A stretch of DNA of 64,000 nt from Bacteroidota bacterium (GTDB lineage: Bacteria > Bacteroidota > Bacteroidia > Bacteroidales > FEN-979): positions 2,587 to 66,586 of the forward strand of contig JBAXRP010000001.1 of NCBI GenBank assembly GCA_037131145.1, given 5' to 3'. This document shows, piece after piece, positions 1-9,820 of the stretch. Position 1 is the stretch's first letter, and each line of letters starts with the position of its first letter. A program made the translations under genes and the position numbers. The notes under the pieces were generated by a model. It saw only the letters and a list, made by a program, of their open reading frames with translations, had not been told where the DNA came from and ran no database searches.

Positions 1-569
1 GGTCCCCATTGTAAAGCGCCGGATGGGCTTATCTTCTGCCTGATGATAACATCATCGGCTTGCCAGGCAACAACGATATTTCCGGCTGCCGTTGAAACTA
101 CTTTCGGGGCAACGTTGAAGGCTGTACTGTTCGACAGCATAATGCCGTTGGCGCCCCAAACAAAACCGCCGGAGGGAGAGATGCGGTAAGCTACAACGTT
201 GGTATTGCCGGTACGAATGTCGTTAAAAACGAGAATAGCGTGATTGGAGGCGTCGCACGTCATATCCCAATCGGTAAGCCAGGTCTCCTGAGGGTTTCCG
301 CTAATCAGAATCCCATTTGGCGCCCACAGGATATTCCCAAGCGCGTCCAAACGCTGAAGTCTGACGTCGTAATTCCCTGTTTCGCTGGAAAAAAAACCGA
401 TATAAGTATCGCCGTTTGAACAGGTGGCAATTTTGGGGATAACCTGTTCGCCGCTGAGGTTAGAGATTACATTGTTGACAGCCGGGTTGGTACTCCATTG
501 AGAAAAACATAAAATTGGCAGCATCAGCAGGGCGAAAAAAAGACCTTGTGACAGAATTTGCTTTTTCAT
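1..569 (-). CDS. secreted repeat protein, N-terminal part (partial; continues past the window edge)
   Basis: Not in the ORF track. Hand translation from ATG at 569..567 gives MKKQILSQGLFFALLMLPILCFSQWSTNP..., which looks like a signal peptide, and the frame stays open to position 1. Confidence 0.55.
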   Translation of the reverse strand, partial: MKKQILSQGLFFALLMLPILCFSQWSTNPAVNNVISNLSGEQVIPKIATCSNGDTYIGFFSSETGNYDVRLQRLDALGNILWAPNGILISGNPQETWLTDWDMTCDASNHAILVFNDIRTGNTNVVAYRISPSGGFVWGANGIMLSNSTAFNVAPKVVSTAAGNIVVAWQADDVIIRQKISPSGALQWG

Positions 570-1002
570 AGTAGGATTTGTATAGGATTAAGGTATTATG
601 AGCAGCGCTTGAAATAGATTCACAAACTTACATAAAAATATGGGGTATATTAACAATTATCCTACAAATTGAGGTAAATTGTGATATTCTGATAGCAAAT
701 TTCAGATTGTAAAATCACCAGATATTGTTGAATTTATAAAAGTACAAACCCGCATTATCCATTCCAAAAGGAAACAAAGCGGATGCTTTAGGAGGGCAGC
801 GCGTTTATTAACAATGCAAAAATGGATAAAACCTTTGTGTTTGGTCGGCGCTCGTTGCTGAACTGGAAATATATCCTGGTTCAGAATGGGAGGAAGAATT
901 ATTTCCTTGTGAAGGCGATCTGATATTCAAAAGCAGTAGTGAGAAATTAAAACCAGCTCAATTATTTCCGTAGTTTTGCTGAAGCATTAAAACTCATTAA
1001 TT

Positions 1003-1287
1003 ATGGTACTCTCAGCCTGTGGACTTATCTGCTCCGATTGCGAATTCTTCGAAAAAACATGCAATGGTTGTCACGCCGTGAAGGGACAAACTTTTTGGGC
1101 AGTTGAACACCTCCCTACCAAAGTGTGTCCCTTGTACGATTGCAGCGTAAACAAGCTAAAATACAAGGATTGTGGCGACTGTGCCGAACTTCCCTGCGCT
1201 ATGTTCCGTGAAATGAAAGACCCCGCCTCCACCGATGAACAACATCAGAAGGGGTTGATTGAGCGGGTGGAGAGGTTGCGAAAATGA
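1003..1287 (+). CDS. small Cys-rich protein (DUF3795-like)
   Basis: 94 aa with CGLICSDC...CNGC...CPLYDC...CGDCAELPC spacing. It ends 15 nt upstream of purH. Confidence 0.6.
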   Translation: MVLSACGLICSDCEFFEKTCNGCHAVKGQTFWAVEHLPTKVCPLYDCSVNKLKYKDCGDCAELPCAMFREMKDPASTDEQHQKGLIERVERLRK

Positions 1288-1302
1288 ATAAAACTATTCT
1301 CA

Positions 1303-2829
1303 ATGATCGACCAGCTAAAAATTAAATCAGCCCTCATCTCAGTCTATTCCAAAGATGGAATCGAAGAACTGGCGCGTACGCTTGAATCTTACGGGATCGC
1401 GATATTTTCAACGGGAGGCACCTTTGATTTTCTCACAGCCAAAGGAATTATGGCAACCTCAATTGAATCGGTCACCTCTTATCCCTCCATTCTTGGAGGA
1501 AGGGTGAAAACGCTTCACCCGAAAATATTTGGCGGTATCCTCTGGCGGCGCAATCAGTTAACTGATGTGGAAGATATCGAAAAATATGAAATTCCTTCAA
1601 TTGACCTGGTAATTGTTGATCTGTATCCATTTGAAAAAACAGTTGCCACCACAAACAATGATGAGGAGATCATTGAGAAAATTGACGTCGGCGGAGTATC
1701 TTTAATCAGGGCTGCCGCTAAGAATTTTGAGCATGTCGTAGTAGTTCCGTCAGCAGAATTGTATTCTTCGTTGCTTCAAACCTTAAAGAATAACCACGGA
1801 GCTACCAGCCTTGCCGACAGAAAGTTGTTTGCGGCTCATGCCTTCAATGTTTCATCGCATTACGACACACAGATTTTTAACTATTTCAACCGTGAGGAAC
1901 ATATCAATGTTTTCCGGCAGAGCATTCCTACTGCCACGCCTATGCGATACGGTGAAAATCCGCATCAGTCGGCTACCTTTTATGGTGATCTGAAGCGCGT
2001 TTTCACCCAGCTTCATGGCAAAGAACTCTCTTACAATAACCTGGTTGATATTGACGCCGCCATTCAGTTTATCAGCGAATTTACCGAGCCAACGGTCGCC
2101 ATTATCAAACATACAAATCCTTGTGGCGTTGCCAGCCGTTCAACTCTCCTCCTGGCATATCTTGACGCGCTTGCCTGCGATCCTGTTTCGGCATTCGGAG
2201 GTATCATTATTGCCAATGGAGTTATAAAAAAAGATATCGCCGAAGAAATCAACACCCTCTTTTTCGAAGTTTTAATTGCCGATAACTTTGAAATAGATGC
2301 GCTTGAAATCCTAAAGACAAAGAAAAATAGAATAATTTTGCAAAAAAATTCATTTACGTTCTCAAAAAGGCAGTTTAAATCGCTTCTGAATGGCGTTATC
2401 GATCAGAATAAAGATATGAAAACCGAACATATTTCTGAATTTAAGTACGTTACAGAAATAAAACCATCGGCTGAAGAAAGTGAGGCTTTGATTTTTGCAA
2501 ACAAAATAGTCAAACATCTGAAATCAAATACAATTGTTCTTATCAAAGAACGCCAACTAATTGGTTGTGGGATGGGGCAGACATCGCGTGTAGATGCACT
2601 CAGGCAGGCAATCATTAAAGCGCAGGCATTCGGGTTTTCAACAAAAGGATCGGTGATGGCTTCCGACGCTTTTTTCCCTTTTGCCGACTGTGTTGAACTT
2701 GCGAAGGAAGCCGGCGTTACAGCAGTTATTCAACCCGGCGGCTCTATCAGGGACGTTGATTCGATACGATACTGCAACGAGCACAATATGTCAATGGTTT
2801 TTACGGGCATAAGGCATTTTAAACATTAA
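1303..2829 (+). CDS. purH: bifunctional AICAR formyltransferase / IMP cyclohydrolase
   Basis: 508 aa. N-terminal MGS-like domain (SVYSKDG, KTLHPKIFGGIL) and a C-terminal AICARFT region (YGENPHQ, KHTNPCG). Confidence 0.93.
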   Translation: MIDQLKIKSALISVYSKDGIEELARTLESYGIAIFSTGGTFDFLTAKGIMATSIESVTSYPSILGGRVKTLHPKIFGGILWRRNQLTDVEDIEKYEIPSIDLVIVDLYPFEKTVATTNNDEEIIEKIDVGGVSLIRAAAKNFEHVVVVPSAELYSSLLQTLKNNHGATSLADRKLFAAHAFNVSSHYDTQIFNYFNREEHINVFRQSIPTATPMRYGENPHQSATFYGDLKRVFTQLHGKELSYNNLVDIDAAIQFISEFTEPTVAIIKHTNPCGVASRSTLLLAYLDALACDPVSAFGGIIIANGVIKKDIAEEINTLFFEVLIADNFEIDALEILKTKKNRIILQKNSFTFSKRQFKSLLNGVIDQNKDMKTEHISEFKYVTEIKPSAEESEALIFANKIVKHLKSNTIVLIKERQLIGCGMGQTSRVDALRQAIIKAQAFGFSTKGSVMASDAFFPFADCVELAKEAGVTAVIQPGGSIRDVDSIRYCNEHNMSMVFTGIRHFKH

Positions 2830-2840
2830 AGTTAAATTTC

Positions 2841-3854
2841 ATGGGATTATTTACGAAAGAGATCGCTATTGACCTGGGAACAGCCAATACAGTAATAATA
2901 TATAACGACAAAGTGGTGGTTGACGAACCTTCAATTGTCGCCATTGAAAGAAGTACCGGTAGAATTATTGCCGTAGGGAAAAAGGCTCAGATGATGCATG
3001 GCAAGACTCATGAGAACATCAGGACTGTGAGGCCTTTGCGTGGCGGTGTTATTGCCGATTTTCAGGCGGCCGAACACATGATAAGGGCAATGATAAAGAT
3101 GATAGACCTGAGAAAATCCTGGTTTCCGCCAGCTTTGAAAATGGTCATCTGTATTCCGTCGGGAATTACTGAAGTTGAAGAACGCGCAGTTAAAGATTCA
3201 GCCGAACAAGCTGGCGCCAAGGAGGTGAGGCTTATTCATGAACCTATGGCGGCGGCAATCGGCATCGGGATTGACGTGCTGGAACCTATCGGTAACATGG
3301 TGATTGATATCGGCGGAGGCACAAGCGAAATTGCCGTTATCGCCCTCGGCGGAATTGTAAACAGCAAATCTATCCGTATTGCAGGAGATGAGTTCAACGC
3401 GGATATCGAAGAATATATGCGTAAGCAGCATAATATCAACATTGGCGAACGGACTGCTGAAAGAATTAAAATTGAAGTCGGAGCTGCAATTTCCGATATC
3501 GAAAATCCTCCACCCGATTATGCCGTCCATGGCCGCGACCTGCTTACCGGTATCCCAAAGGAAGTTATTGTTAATCATGCCGAAATCGCCCATTGTCTCG
3601 ATAAATCGGTCGCAAAAATTGAAACAGCCGTATTAAACGCTCTTGAAATGACGCCGCCGGAACTTGCTTCCGACATCTTCGATACCGGGATTTATCTTAC
3701 TGGCGGCGGCGCCCTTTTGCGGGGGCTCGACAAACGGATTCATCTGAAAACCAAATTGCAGGTTCATGTAGCCGAAGACCCGCTTCGCGCCGTTGCCCGC
3801 GGTACAGGTATCGCGCTTAAAAACTTTGATAAGTTTACCTTCCTCATCAAGTAG
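2841..3854 (+). CDS. mreB: rod shape-determining protein MreB
   Basis: 337 aa actin-like ATPase with IAIDLGTANT, DIGGGTSE and GIYLTGGGALL motifs. Confidence 0.95.
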   Translation: MGLFTKEIAIDLGTANTVIIYNDKVVVDEPSIVAIERSTGRIIAVGKKAQMMHGKTHENIRTVRPLRGGVIADFQAAEHMIRAMIKMIDLRKSWFPPALKMVICIPSGITEVEERAVKDSAEQAGAKEVRLIHEPMAAAIGIGIDVLEPIGNMVIDIGGGTSEIAVIALGGIVNSKSIRIAGDEFNADIEEYMRKQHNINIGERTAERIKIEVGAAISDIENPPPDYAVHGRDLLTGIPKEVIVNHAEIAHCLDKSVAKIETAVLNALEMTPPELASDIFDTGIYLTGGGALLRGLDKRIHLKTKLQVHVAEDPLRAVARGTGIALKNFDKFTFLIK

Positions 3855-3862
3855 GAGGCGTC

Positions 3863-4693
3863 ATGCGGAATCTTTTTGTTTTTCTCAGGGAACGCTATTT
3901 CTATTTACTTTTCCTGGCGCTTGAGACAATTTCATTGGTTCTGCTTGTCAATAACAACGATTTCCAGAAAAGTTCCCTTTTTGTAGTTTCAAGTAACTTA
4001 TCCGGGAGTGTCAACAGCATTTTCAGCAATATTTCCGAATATTTTTCGCTCCGAAAAACGAACAGTGTTCTGATTGAGGAGTTGGCGCGACTCCATTCGC
4101 GAATCCCTGAAGCTTTTTATGTCGCCGATAAAAATGTTTTTTATAAGAAGGATTCAATCGTAAGGCTTGAATACAAATACATCAGCGCAAAGGTAATCAG
4201 CAATTCGACCAACAAAAGAAATAATTTTCTGATGATCAACAAAGGCTCACTCCATGGTATTGTAAATCACATGGGCGTTATAATCGGGAATAAAGTAGTT
4301 GGTCAGGTGGTTAGCGTTTCGCCCCATTTTAGCTGGATAATGTCGTTGCTTAACAAGGACAGCCGGGTTTCGGGGAAGTTTAAAAAAAATGAGCAACTGG
4401 TCAATATTGAATGGAATGGTATAAATTACCGAATCGGGCAGTTAAAGGAAATACCCAAGCATATACAAATGGTGAAAGGAGATACAATCATAAGCAGTGG
4501 AAATTCAGATATTTTTCCTCCAGGACTTATGATTGGCACCATCGCCGATTTTACGATTACACCGGATGAAAATTTTAATCGCGGACAAATCTTTTTTTCT
4601 ACCGATTTCAACAGTCTTGGCTACATCGAAGTAGTTGTAGATTTAATGCGTCAGGAAAAGGAAACATTGAAATCATCTTTTAAAACCCAATAA
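3863..4693 (+). CDS. mreC: rod shape-determining protein MreC
   Basis: 276 aa with an N-terminal TM segment. It sits between mreB and mreD and has a typical MreC beta-rich C-terminus. Confidence 0.8.
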   Translation: MRNLFVFLRERYFYLLFLALETISLVLLVNNNDFQKSSLFVVSSNLSGSVNSIFSNISEYFSLRKTNSVLIEELARLHSRIPEAFYVADKNVFYKKDSIVRLEYKYISAKVISNSTNKRNNFLMINKGSLHGIVNHMGVIIGNKVVGQVVSVSPHFSWIMSLLNKDSRVSGKFKKNEQLVNIEWNGINYRIGQLKEIPKHIQMVKGDTIISSGNSDIFPPGLMIGTIADFTITPDENFNRGQIFFSTDFNSLGYIEVVVDLMRQEKETLKSSFKTQ

Positions 4694-4714
4694 TCAGGAT
4701 AAAAACAAATACAC

Positions 4715-5230
4715 GTGACCTCAGGAACAGTCTTTTATAATATTATTCGGTTTTTTTTCCTGATTTCTTTCCAGGTCCTGATTTTGAATCATATTTATCT
4801 CGGCGGTTTTATCAACCCATATTTCTACATCTATTTCATTTTGTTATTGCCATTTGATACGCCGAAGTGGATGTTGCTTATTTCTGCTTTCGTTATTGGA
4901 ATTTGCATAGATATTTTCACTAATACAATCGGGTTAAATGCAGCCGCAAGTATTTTAATGGCCTTTTGCAGGCCATTTGTAATCATCGTTATCTCTTCGA
5001 GTCCCGAATCGCTTATCGGCGATACGCCGTCACTCAGGAACCAGGGCGTAAAGTGGTTCCTTTATTATGCAACTTCACTGGTGCTGATTCATCATTTTGC
5101 CCTTTTTTACCTTGAAATATTCAGGCTGAATGAGTTTTTTCTGACCTTTACCCGTTTGGTTCTCAGTTCCGTTTTTACCATGACGCTCGTTATGATAAGC
5201 GAGTATCTTTTATATATCCGGGGAAAATAA
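4715..5230 (+). CDS. mreD: rod shape-determining protein MreD
   Basis: 171 aa polytopic membrane protein with a GTG start, directly after mreC. Confidence 0.7.
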   Translation: MTSGTVFYNIIRFFFLISFQVLILNHIYLGGFINPYFYIYFILLLPFDTPKWMLLISAFVIGICIDIFTNTIGLNAAASILMAFCRPFVIIVISSSPESLIGDTPSLRNQGVKWFLYYATSLVLIHHFALFYLEIFRLNEFFLTFTRLVLSSVFTMTLVMISEYLLYIRGK

Positions 5231-5256
5231 AAAACCCGTTCCGAAATGAAACGGGT
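5224..5256 (-). terminator. rho-independent terminator after tRNA-Cys
   Basis: Stem ACCCGTT (5234-5240) pairs with AACGGGT (5250-5256). A T-run follows on the minus strand (plus-strand aaaataaaaa, 5224-5233). Confidence 0.6.
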
Positions 5257-5261
5257 GAGCG

Positions 5262-5332
5262 AGGTTTCGAGCGGAGTCGAACCGCTGTGGACGGTTTTGC
5301 AGACCGCTGCCTAGCCACTCGGCCACGAAACC
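5262..5332 (-). tRNA. tRNA-Cys (anticodon GCA)
   Basis: Hand-folded cloverleaf. Acceptor GGTTTCG/CGAAACC, anticodon arm GCGGT-CTGCAAA-ACCGT, T-arm AGCGG-TTCGACT-CCGCT. Ends are good to about 1-2 nt. Confidence 0.85.
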
Positions 5333-5378
5333 CTTATTTGTGGCGCAAAAGTACAAAATATTTTAATCTTTGCCAATT

Positions 5379-5735
5379 TCATTTATTCCATCGTATCAGA
5401 TAACTCACCTGGCGCATCTTTCCACCCATCGGCGGATTTATCTTTGAAATCTTCAGTTCAATGTCGTTAATGGTTGGAAACAAAAAACGCAATTGATCTA
5501 TAATTCGTTTTGCCAGATGCTCCAACAAATGTGATTTCTGTTCCATCTCTTTTTTAACACATTGGTATAATGCAACATAATCAACCGTGTCGCGCAAGTT
5601 GTCCGATATTTCGGGTTTTGTTGTATCAGTTTCAACATGAAGATCCACAATGAATTTTGTTCCGATGATCTGTTCTTCCCTGAAACACCCGTGAAATGCA
5701 AAAAACTCCATTCCTTCAAGCGCTATTTTTCCCAT
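5379..5735 (-). CDS. folB: dihydroneopterin aldolase
   Basis: 118 aa starting MGKIALEGMEFFAFHGCFREEQ..G..F.VDL, a typical FolB N-terminus and length. Confidence 0.85.
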   Translation of the reverse strand: MGKIALEGMEFFAFHGCFREEQIIGTKFIVDLHVETDTTKPEISDNLRDTVDYVALYQCVKKEMEQKSHLLEHLAKRIIDQLRFLFPTINDIELKISKINPPMGGKMRQVSYLIRWNK

Positions 5736-5804
5736 AATTCCGATTTTTCAATCGCCTAAATTATGAATTTGCCATGAACTGCCCGTAATTTTTTTAAATT
5801 GTAT

Positions 5805-5812
5805 TAAGTTTG
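5805..5812 (+). promoter_or_regulatory. Bacteroidota-type -7 promoter box (TAAGTTTG) upstream of glnS
   Basis: Matches TAnnTTTG and lies 57 nt upstream of the glnS ATG. Confidence 0.4.
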
Positions 5813-5868
5813 CAAAAGATCAGGCAGAAATATTAACAAACATCTGTTCAAGCTACAAAACTAATTTT

Positions 5869-7572
5869 ATGGATGAAAACAAACTCCCGGAAGAGGAAAA
5901 AAACACCAGATCACTCAATTTCATTGAAGAGATAATCGAAGAAGATAATCGTATCGGCGTATATGATGGGCAAGTACATACCCGTTTTCCGCCCGAACCA
6001 AATGGCTATTTGCATATCGGCCACGCGAAATCAATCTGCCTGAATTTTGGTCTGGGAAAGAAGTATAACGGCAAAACCAACCTACGATTCGATGATACAA
6101 ATCCTATAAAAGAGGATGCGGAATATGTTGATTCCATAATGGAAGATGTAAAATGGCTTGGTTTTGATTGGGAAGACCGTCTTTTTTATGCTTCCGATTA
6201 TTTTGATCAACTTTACGATTATGCTGTAATCCTTATCAGGAAAGGGAAAGCTTACGTTTGTGACATGACTGCCGGTGAAATCAGTGAAACTCGCGGCGCT
6301 CCCACACGCCCTGGCAGCGAAAGCATATACCGTAGTCGGTCGGTTGAAGAAAACATTGATCTTTTTACACGTATGCGTTCGGGAGAATTTCCTGATGGGG
6401 CAAAGGTGCTAAGGGCAAAAATAGATATGGCGTCGCCCAACATGCATATGCGCGACCCGGTTCTGTATCGAATCCTGCATGCCAATCATCATCGTACCGG
6501 CGATAAGTGGTGTATTTATCCTATGTATGATTTCGCCCACGGACAGTCTGATTCCATCGAACGGATTACACACTCAATTTGTACCCTTGAATTTGAAGTC
6601 CACCGCCCGCTTTATGATTGGTTTATCAGGGAGATTGGTATCTATGCTCCGAGACAAATCGAATTTGCCAGACTCAATGTAACGTACACTGTAATGAGCA
6701 AGCGCAAACTGCTCGAATTGGTCCGCGATGGCAACGTGAGCGGCTGGGACGACCCAAGGATGCCGACAATTTGTGGTTTGCGCCGACGTGGGTTTACTCC
6801 AGAATCAATCCGCAACTTTGCAGATACTATTGGTGTTGCAAAACGCGACAATGTAATTGACGTAAGTCTGCTCGAATTTTGCATTCGCGAAGATCTCAAC
6901 AAAAGCGCCAACCGGCTTATGGCTGTTCTAAATCCCGTCAGGGTGATTATTGATAACTATCCGGATGACCTTGTTGAAGAGATGGAATCAATAAACAATC
7001 CAGAGGATGAGTTGAAAGGGAAACGGAAATTGCCATTCTCAAAATCTCTTTTCATTGAGAGGGACGATTTCATGGAGGATCCTCCAAACAAATTTTTCCG
7101 CCTCGCTCCCGGTCGTGAAGTGCGTTTAAAGGCTGCCTATATTATCAGGTGTGAAAGCGTTGCGAAAGACCTTGAAACAGGTGAAATCACAGGGATTCAT
7201 TGTACTTATGATCCCCAAACCAAAAGCGGAATGCCCGAAAGCAACCGGAAAGTGAAAGGAACCCTTCACTGGGTATCTGAAAAACATGCTGTTAAAGTTG
7301 AAATAAGGCTCTACGACAGGCTGTTTACCAAAGAAAACCCCGATGATCCGGAGGAGGGAAAAACATATAAAGATTATCTGAACCCCAATTCTCTTAGGAT
7401 TATCACGGCAATGATTGAACCGGCAGTTAAAAATGCTGTGATTTTAGATAAGTATCAATTTGAACGAACCGGGTATTTCTCTGCGGATAAGGATTCAACC
7501 CCTGAAAACCTTGTTTTTAACCGGATCGTCCCTTTGAAAGATTCATGGGCAAAAGTTGAAAAAGTTAAATAA
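5869..7572 (+). CDS. glnS: glutamine--tRNA ligase
   Basis: 567 aa class I aaRS with the HIGH motif ([14 protein letters not shown]), a KMSKS-like VMSKR, and a GlnRS-type C-terminal anticodon-binding region. Confidence 0.93.
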   Translation: MDENKLPEEEKNTRSLNFIEEIIEEDNRIGVYDGQVHTRFPPEPNGYLHIGHAKSICLNFGLGKKYNGKTNLRFDDTNPIKEDAEYVDSIMEDVKWLGFDWEDRLFYASDYFDQLYDYAVILIRKGKAYVCDMTAGEISETRGAPTRPGSESIYRSRSVEENIDLFTRMRSGEFPDGAKVLRAKIDMASPNMHMRDPVLYRILHANHHRTGDKWCIYPMYDFAHGQSDSIERITHSICTLEFEVHRPLYDWFIREIGIYAPRQIEFARLNVTYTVMSKRKLLELVRDGNVSGWDDPRMPTICGLRRRGFTPESIRNFADTIGVAKRDNVIDVSLLEFCIREDLNKSANRLMAVLNPVRVIIDNYPDDLVEEMESINNPEDELKGKRKLPFSKSLFIERDDFMEDPPNKFFRLAPGREVRLKAAYIIRCESVAKDLETGEITGIHCTYDPQTKSGMPESNRKVKGTLHWVSEKHAVKVEIRLYDRLFTKENPDDPEEGKTYKDYLNPNSLRIITAMIEPAVKNAVILDKYQFERTGYFSADKDSTPENLVFNRIVPLKDSWAKVEKVK

Positions 7573-7599
7573 AACTTGACCGTTTTGTAAAAATTGTAT

Positions 7600-7607
7600 T
7601 AATTTTG
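7600..7607 (+). promoter_or_regulatory. -7 promoter box (TAATTTTG) for tRNA-Gln
   Basis: Matches TAnnTTTG and ends 10 nt before the mature tRNA 5' end. Confidence 0.45.
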
Positions 7608-7616
7608 CACTCAGAT

Positions 7617-7689
7617 TGTCCGATGGTGTAACTGGCAACACAAATGATTCTGGATCATTAGAGTCTAGGTTCGACCCCTAGTCGGACAA
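7617..7689 (+). tRNA. tRNA-Gln (anticodon CTG)
   Basis: Hand-folded. Acceptor TGTCCGA/TCGGACA, D-stem GTGT/ACAC, anticodon arm AATGA-TTCTGGA-TCATT, T-arm CTAGG-TTCGACC-CCTAG. Confidence 0.9.
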
Positions 7690-7697
7690 CAATCGAA

Positions 7698-7741
7698 AAC
7701 CATAAAAAGCTGTAAACTAAGTGTTTATGGCTTTTTTTTTA
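7698..7741 (+). terminator. rho-independent terminator after tRNA-Gln
   Basis: Stem CCATAAA (7700-7706) pairs with TTTATGG (7724-7730), followed by a T10 run. Confidence 0.7.
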
Positions 7742-7928
7742 GTACTCCACTATTTCACACACTTTATTTTTTTTGAAGTTCTTTTTTCCATTGCATTGAT
7801 TACAAGATAACCCCGATATATTTTCCTTCTAAATAGCTCCATTAGTTATTCTGAAACCGGGATAATTGGTCGCATTTTTTAAGCCCCGAATTCCCCAAAA
7901 AAAGAAAAATGGTTCTCTCACAAGACTA

Positions 7929-7992
7929 AAATTCCAAATTCTAAACGCGGTACCGACACGCGTAAGGCGTTGGAGCTTGAATTTTGGAATTT
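7929..7992. repeat. inverted repeat of the AAATTCCAA / TTGGAATTT family with a nested GC hairpin
   Basis: Arm aaattccaaattc (7929-7941) pairs with gaattttggaattt (7979-7992) with one bulge. An inner ACGCG/CGCGT hairpin sits at 7945-7963. The core 9-mer recurs at about 28.86 kb and 39.6-39.7 kb. Confidence 0.6.
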
Positions 7993-8123
7993 ACGATCAA
8001 AATGTCACAATTTCGCACTTTTGCAGTCGAACTCACACCTTGTTTGGATTTTTCAATTTTAATTCGTAAAATATCTTAAACCATAGGGGATTTAGAAAAG
8101 ATTATCAGTATGCAAATTCGTTG

Positions 8124-9665
8124 CTATATGGCCAATTTCTTCAACTTCTCCAGCCCTATCCGAATCCTCTCCAAAAATTCAGCTTTCCCAAGCGCTTCGG
8201 CAATATCCATCATCCCCGGTCCTTGGTTGGAACCGACAATAAGCAATCTGACTGGATTCATCAGTTGTCCTGTTTTCATTCCCGATTGAGTTGTAAATTC
8301 CTGAACGAGAGTATGCAGAGTATCCTTGGTAAAAATGGTCATTTTTTCAACGTCAACCAAAAATTCCTGTATTGCAGCAGTCGTATTTGCCTGCCATATT
8401 TTTTTGTAAACCTGGTTGTCAAATATTGTTGGCCTTTGAAAGAAAAACCAGGAATTATTCCAAAGATCGGGAACGAGAAAAGCCCTGTCCTTTATCAGTG
8501 CGGTTACTTTTTCAAGGTAATCGGGATTAGGATAAACCTGGTGAATAGCCAATGCGGGATTCATCAAATCGGCAAGTTCACTTGCTGAACATTTCTGCAT
8601 ATATTGATGGTTGAACCATTTTGCCTTCTCCGGATCAAATTTTGAACCATGTTTACCTACCCTGTCAAGCGAAAAATGTTGAATCAGTTCATCCATCGAA
8701 AAGAGTTCTTGTTCATAACCTGGATTCCAGCCGAGATGAGCAAGAATGTTAATAACAGCTTCAGGTAGATAACCAGCTTCGCGGTAACCGGCATAAATCT
8801 CACCTGATTTCGGATCCTTCCATTCGATAGGAAAAACAGGAAATCCAAGCCGATCTCCGTCGCGTTTACTGAGTTTCCCATTTCCATCAGGTTTCAGAAT
8901 TAACGGTAGATGCGCAAACCGGGGCATGAAAGACTCCAATTCCAGAAACCGGTATAATAATACATGCAATGGGGCTGAAGGCAACCACTCTTCGCCGCGG
9001 ATTACATGAGTTATTTTCATCAGATAATCATCAACAACATTGGCAAGATGATAAGTGGGCAAACCGTCGGACTTAAACAATACCTTGTCATCAAGATTAG
9101 CAGTTTGCACTACCACTTCTCCGCGAATCATATCATGCACGATCACTGTTTCATCCTCGGGTATCCTGATACGAATTACATAATGAGCGCCGTCTGAAAG
9201 CAGCTTTCGTATTTCATCGGCTGGAAGCGCAAGGGAATTTTTTAACAGTTTTCGCGTTTCCTGATCATACTGGAAAATCTTACCGTCAAATGCTTTATAT
9301 TTTTCGCGAACGGCGTCAAGTTCAGCCTCAGTATCAAAGGCATAATAGGCGTGCCCGGTTGCAACCAACCGTTGAATATATTCAAGATAAATTGCCGAAC
9401 GTTCCGATTGACGATAAGGAGCATACGGGCCTCCTTTATCAGGACTCTCATCAAAGGTAAGCCCGCACCATTCTAGTGACTTTACGATATAATCCTCAGC
9501 GCCAGGAATAAATCGGTTTTGATCAGTATCTTCGATACGCAGAATCATTGCGCCACCAGATTGTTTGGCAATCAAATAATTGTATAATGCTGTCCGCACT
9601 CCTCCAATGTGAAGGGGGCCTGTTGGACTGGGTGCAAACCTAACGCGAATCTGTTTTTTTGTCAT
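8124..9665 (-). CDS. gltX: glutamate--tRNA ligase
   Basis: Motifs RFAPSPTGPLHIGG and KLSKR. I chose the start at internal Met41 of the 553-aa track ORF (ATG at 9665, MTKKQIRVRF). A TAATTTTG -7 box lies 22 nt upstream, inside the longer ORF. Confidence 0.9.
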   Translation of the reverse strand: MTKKQIRVRFAPSPTGPLHIGGVRTALYNYLIAKQSGGAMILRIEDTDQNRFIPGAEDYIVKSLEWCGLTFDESPDKGGPYAPYRQSERSAIYLEYIQRLVATGHAYYAFDTEAELDAVREKYKAFDGKIFQYDQETRKLLKNSLALPADEIRKLLSDGAHYVIRIRIPEDETVIVHDMIRGEVVVQTANLDDKVLFKSDGLPTYHLANVVDDYLMKITHVIRGEEWLPSAPLHVLLYRFLELESFMPRFAHLPLILKPDGNGKLSKRDGDRLGFPVFPIEWKDPKSGEIYAGYREAGYLPEAVINILAHLGWNPGYEQELFSMDELIQHFSLDRVGKHGSKFDPEKAKWFNHQYMQKCSASELADLMNPALAIHQVYPNPDYLEKVTALIKDRAFLVPDLWNNSWFFFQRPTIFDNQVYKKIWQANTTAAIQEFLVDVEKMTIFTKDTLHTLVQEFTTQSGMKTGQLMNPVRLLIVGSNQGPGMMDIAEALGKAEFLERIRIGLEKLKKLAI

Positions 9666-9686
9666 CTCATGATTATTTTCTTGCTG

Positions 9687-9694
9687 CAAAATTA
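9687..9694 (-). promoter_or_regulatory. -7 promoter box (TAATTTTG on the minus strand) for gltX
   Basis: The plus strand reads caaaatta; the reverse complement matches TAnnTTTG. Confidence 0.45.
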
Positions 9695-9820
9695 AGCTAT
9701 TCCGGCTGTTTGAATGAGATGTGGCTGCTATTTCGTAATTTTGTACCTGATACCATGAAGAATTCGATCTCTTTTTACTTTCCACAAAGTATAGTCAAAT
9801 TTGAAAAAGCCATCATATAA

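Noticed and set aside
570-1002. A possible ZTP (pfl) or purine riboswitch upstream of the DUF3795-purH pair.
   Set aside because: I looked for the conserved ZTP elements (the GGGTCGTGACTGGCG-like and CCGCCTGGGC-like segments) and for purine-riboswitch junction motifs, and found none. Only weak imperfect hairpins are present.
5224-5400. tRNA-Cys and tRNA-Ala as possible integration sites of mobile elements.
   Set aside because: There is no integrase, no direct repeat of a tRNA 3' end and no compositional break next to either tRNA (5262-5332 or 38885-38961). The flanking genes are housekeeping.
7866-8069. A 67-aa ORF in the tRNA-Gln/gltX spacer.
   Set aside because: It spans the inverted repeat, has basic low-complexity content and no nearby promoter-like box. 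It is most likely non-coding.
8121-8588. A 155-aa plus-strand ORF.
   Set aside because: It lies entirely antisense within gltX, which is strongly supported.
9666-9785. A 40-codon N-terminal extension of gltX in the ORF track (MESKKRSNSSWYQVQNY...).
   Set aside because: The extension is low-complexity and unlike GluRS N-termini. A TAATTTTG -7 promoter box lies inside it at 9687-9694. Met41 gives the canonical MTKKQIRVRFAPSPTG start.
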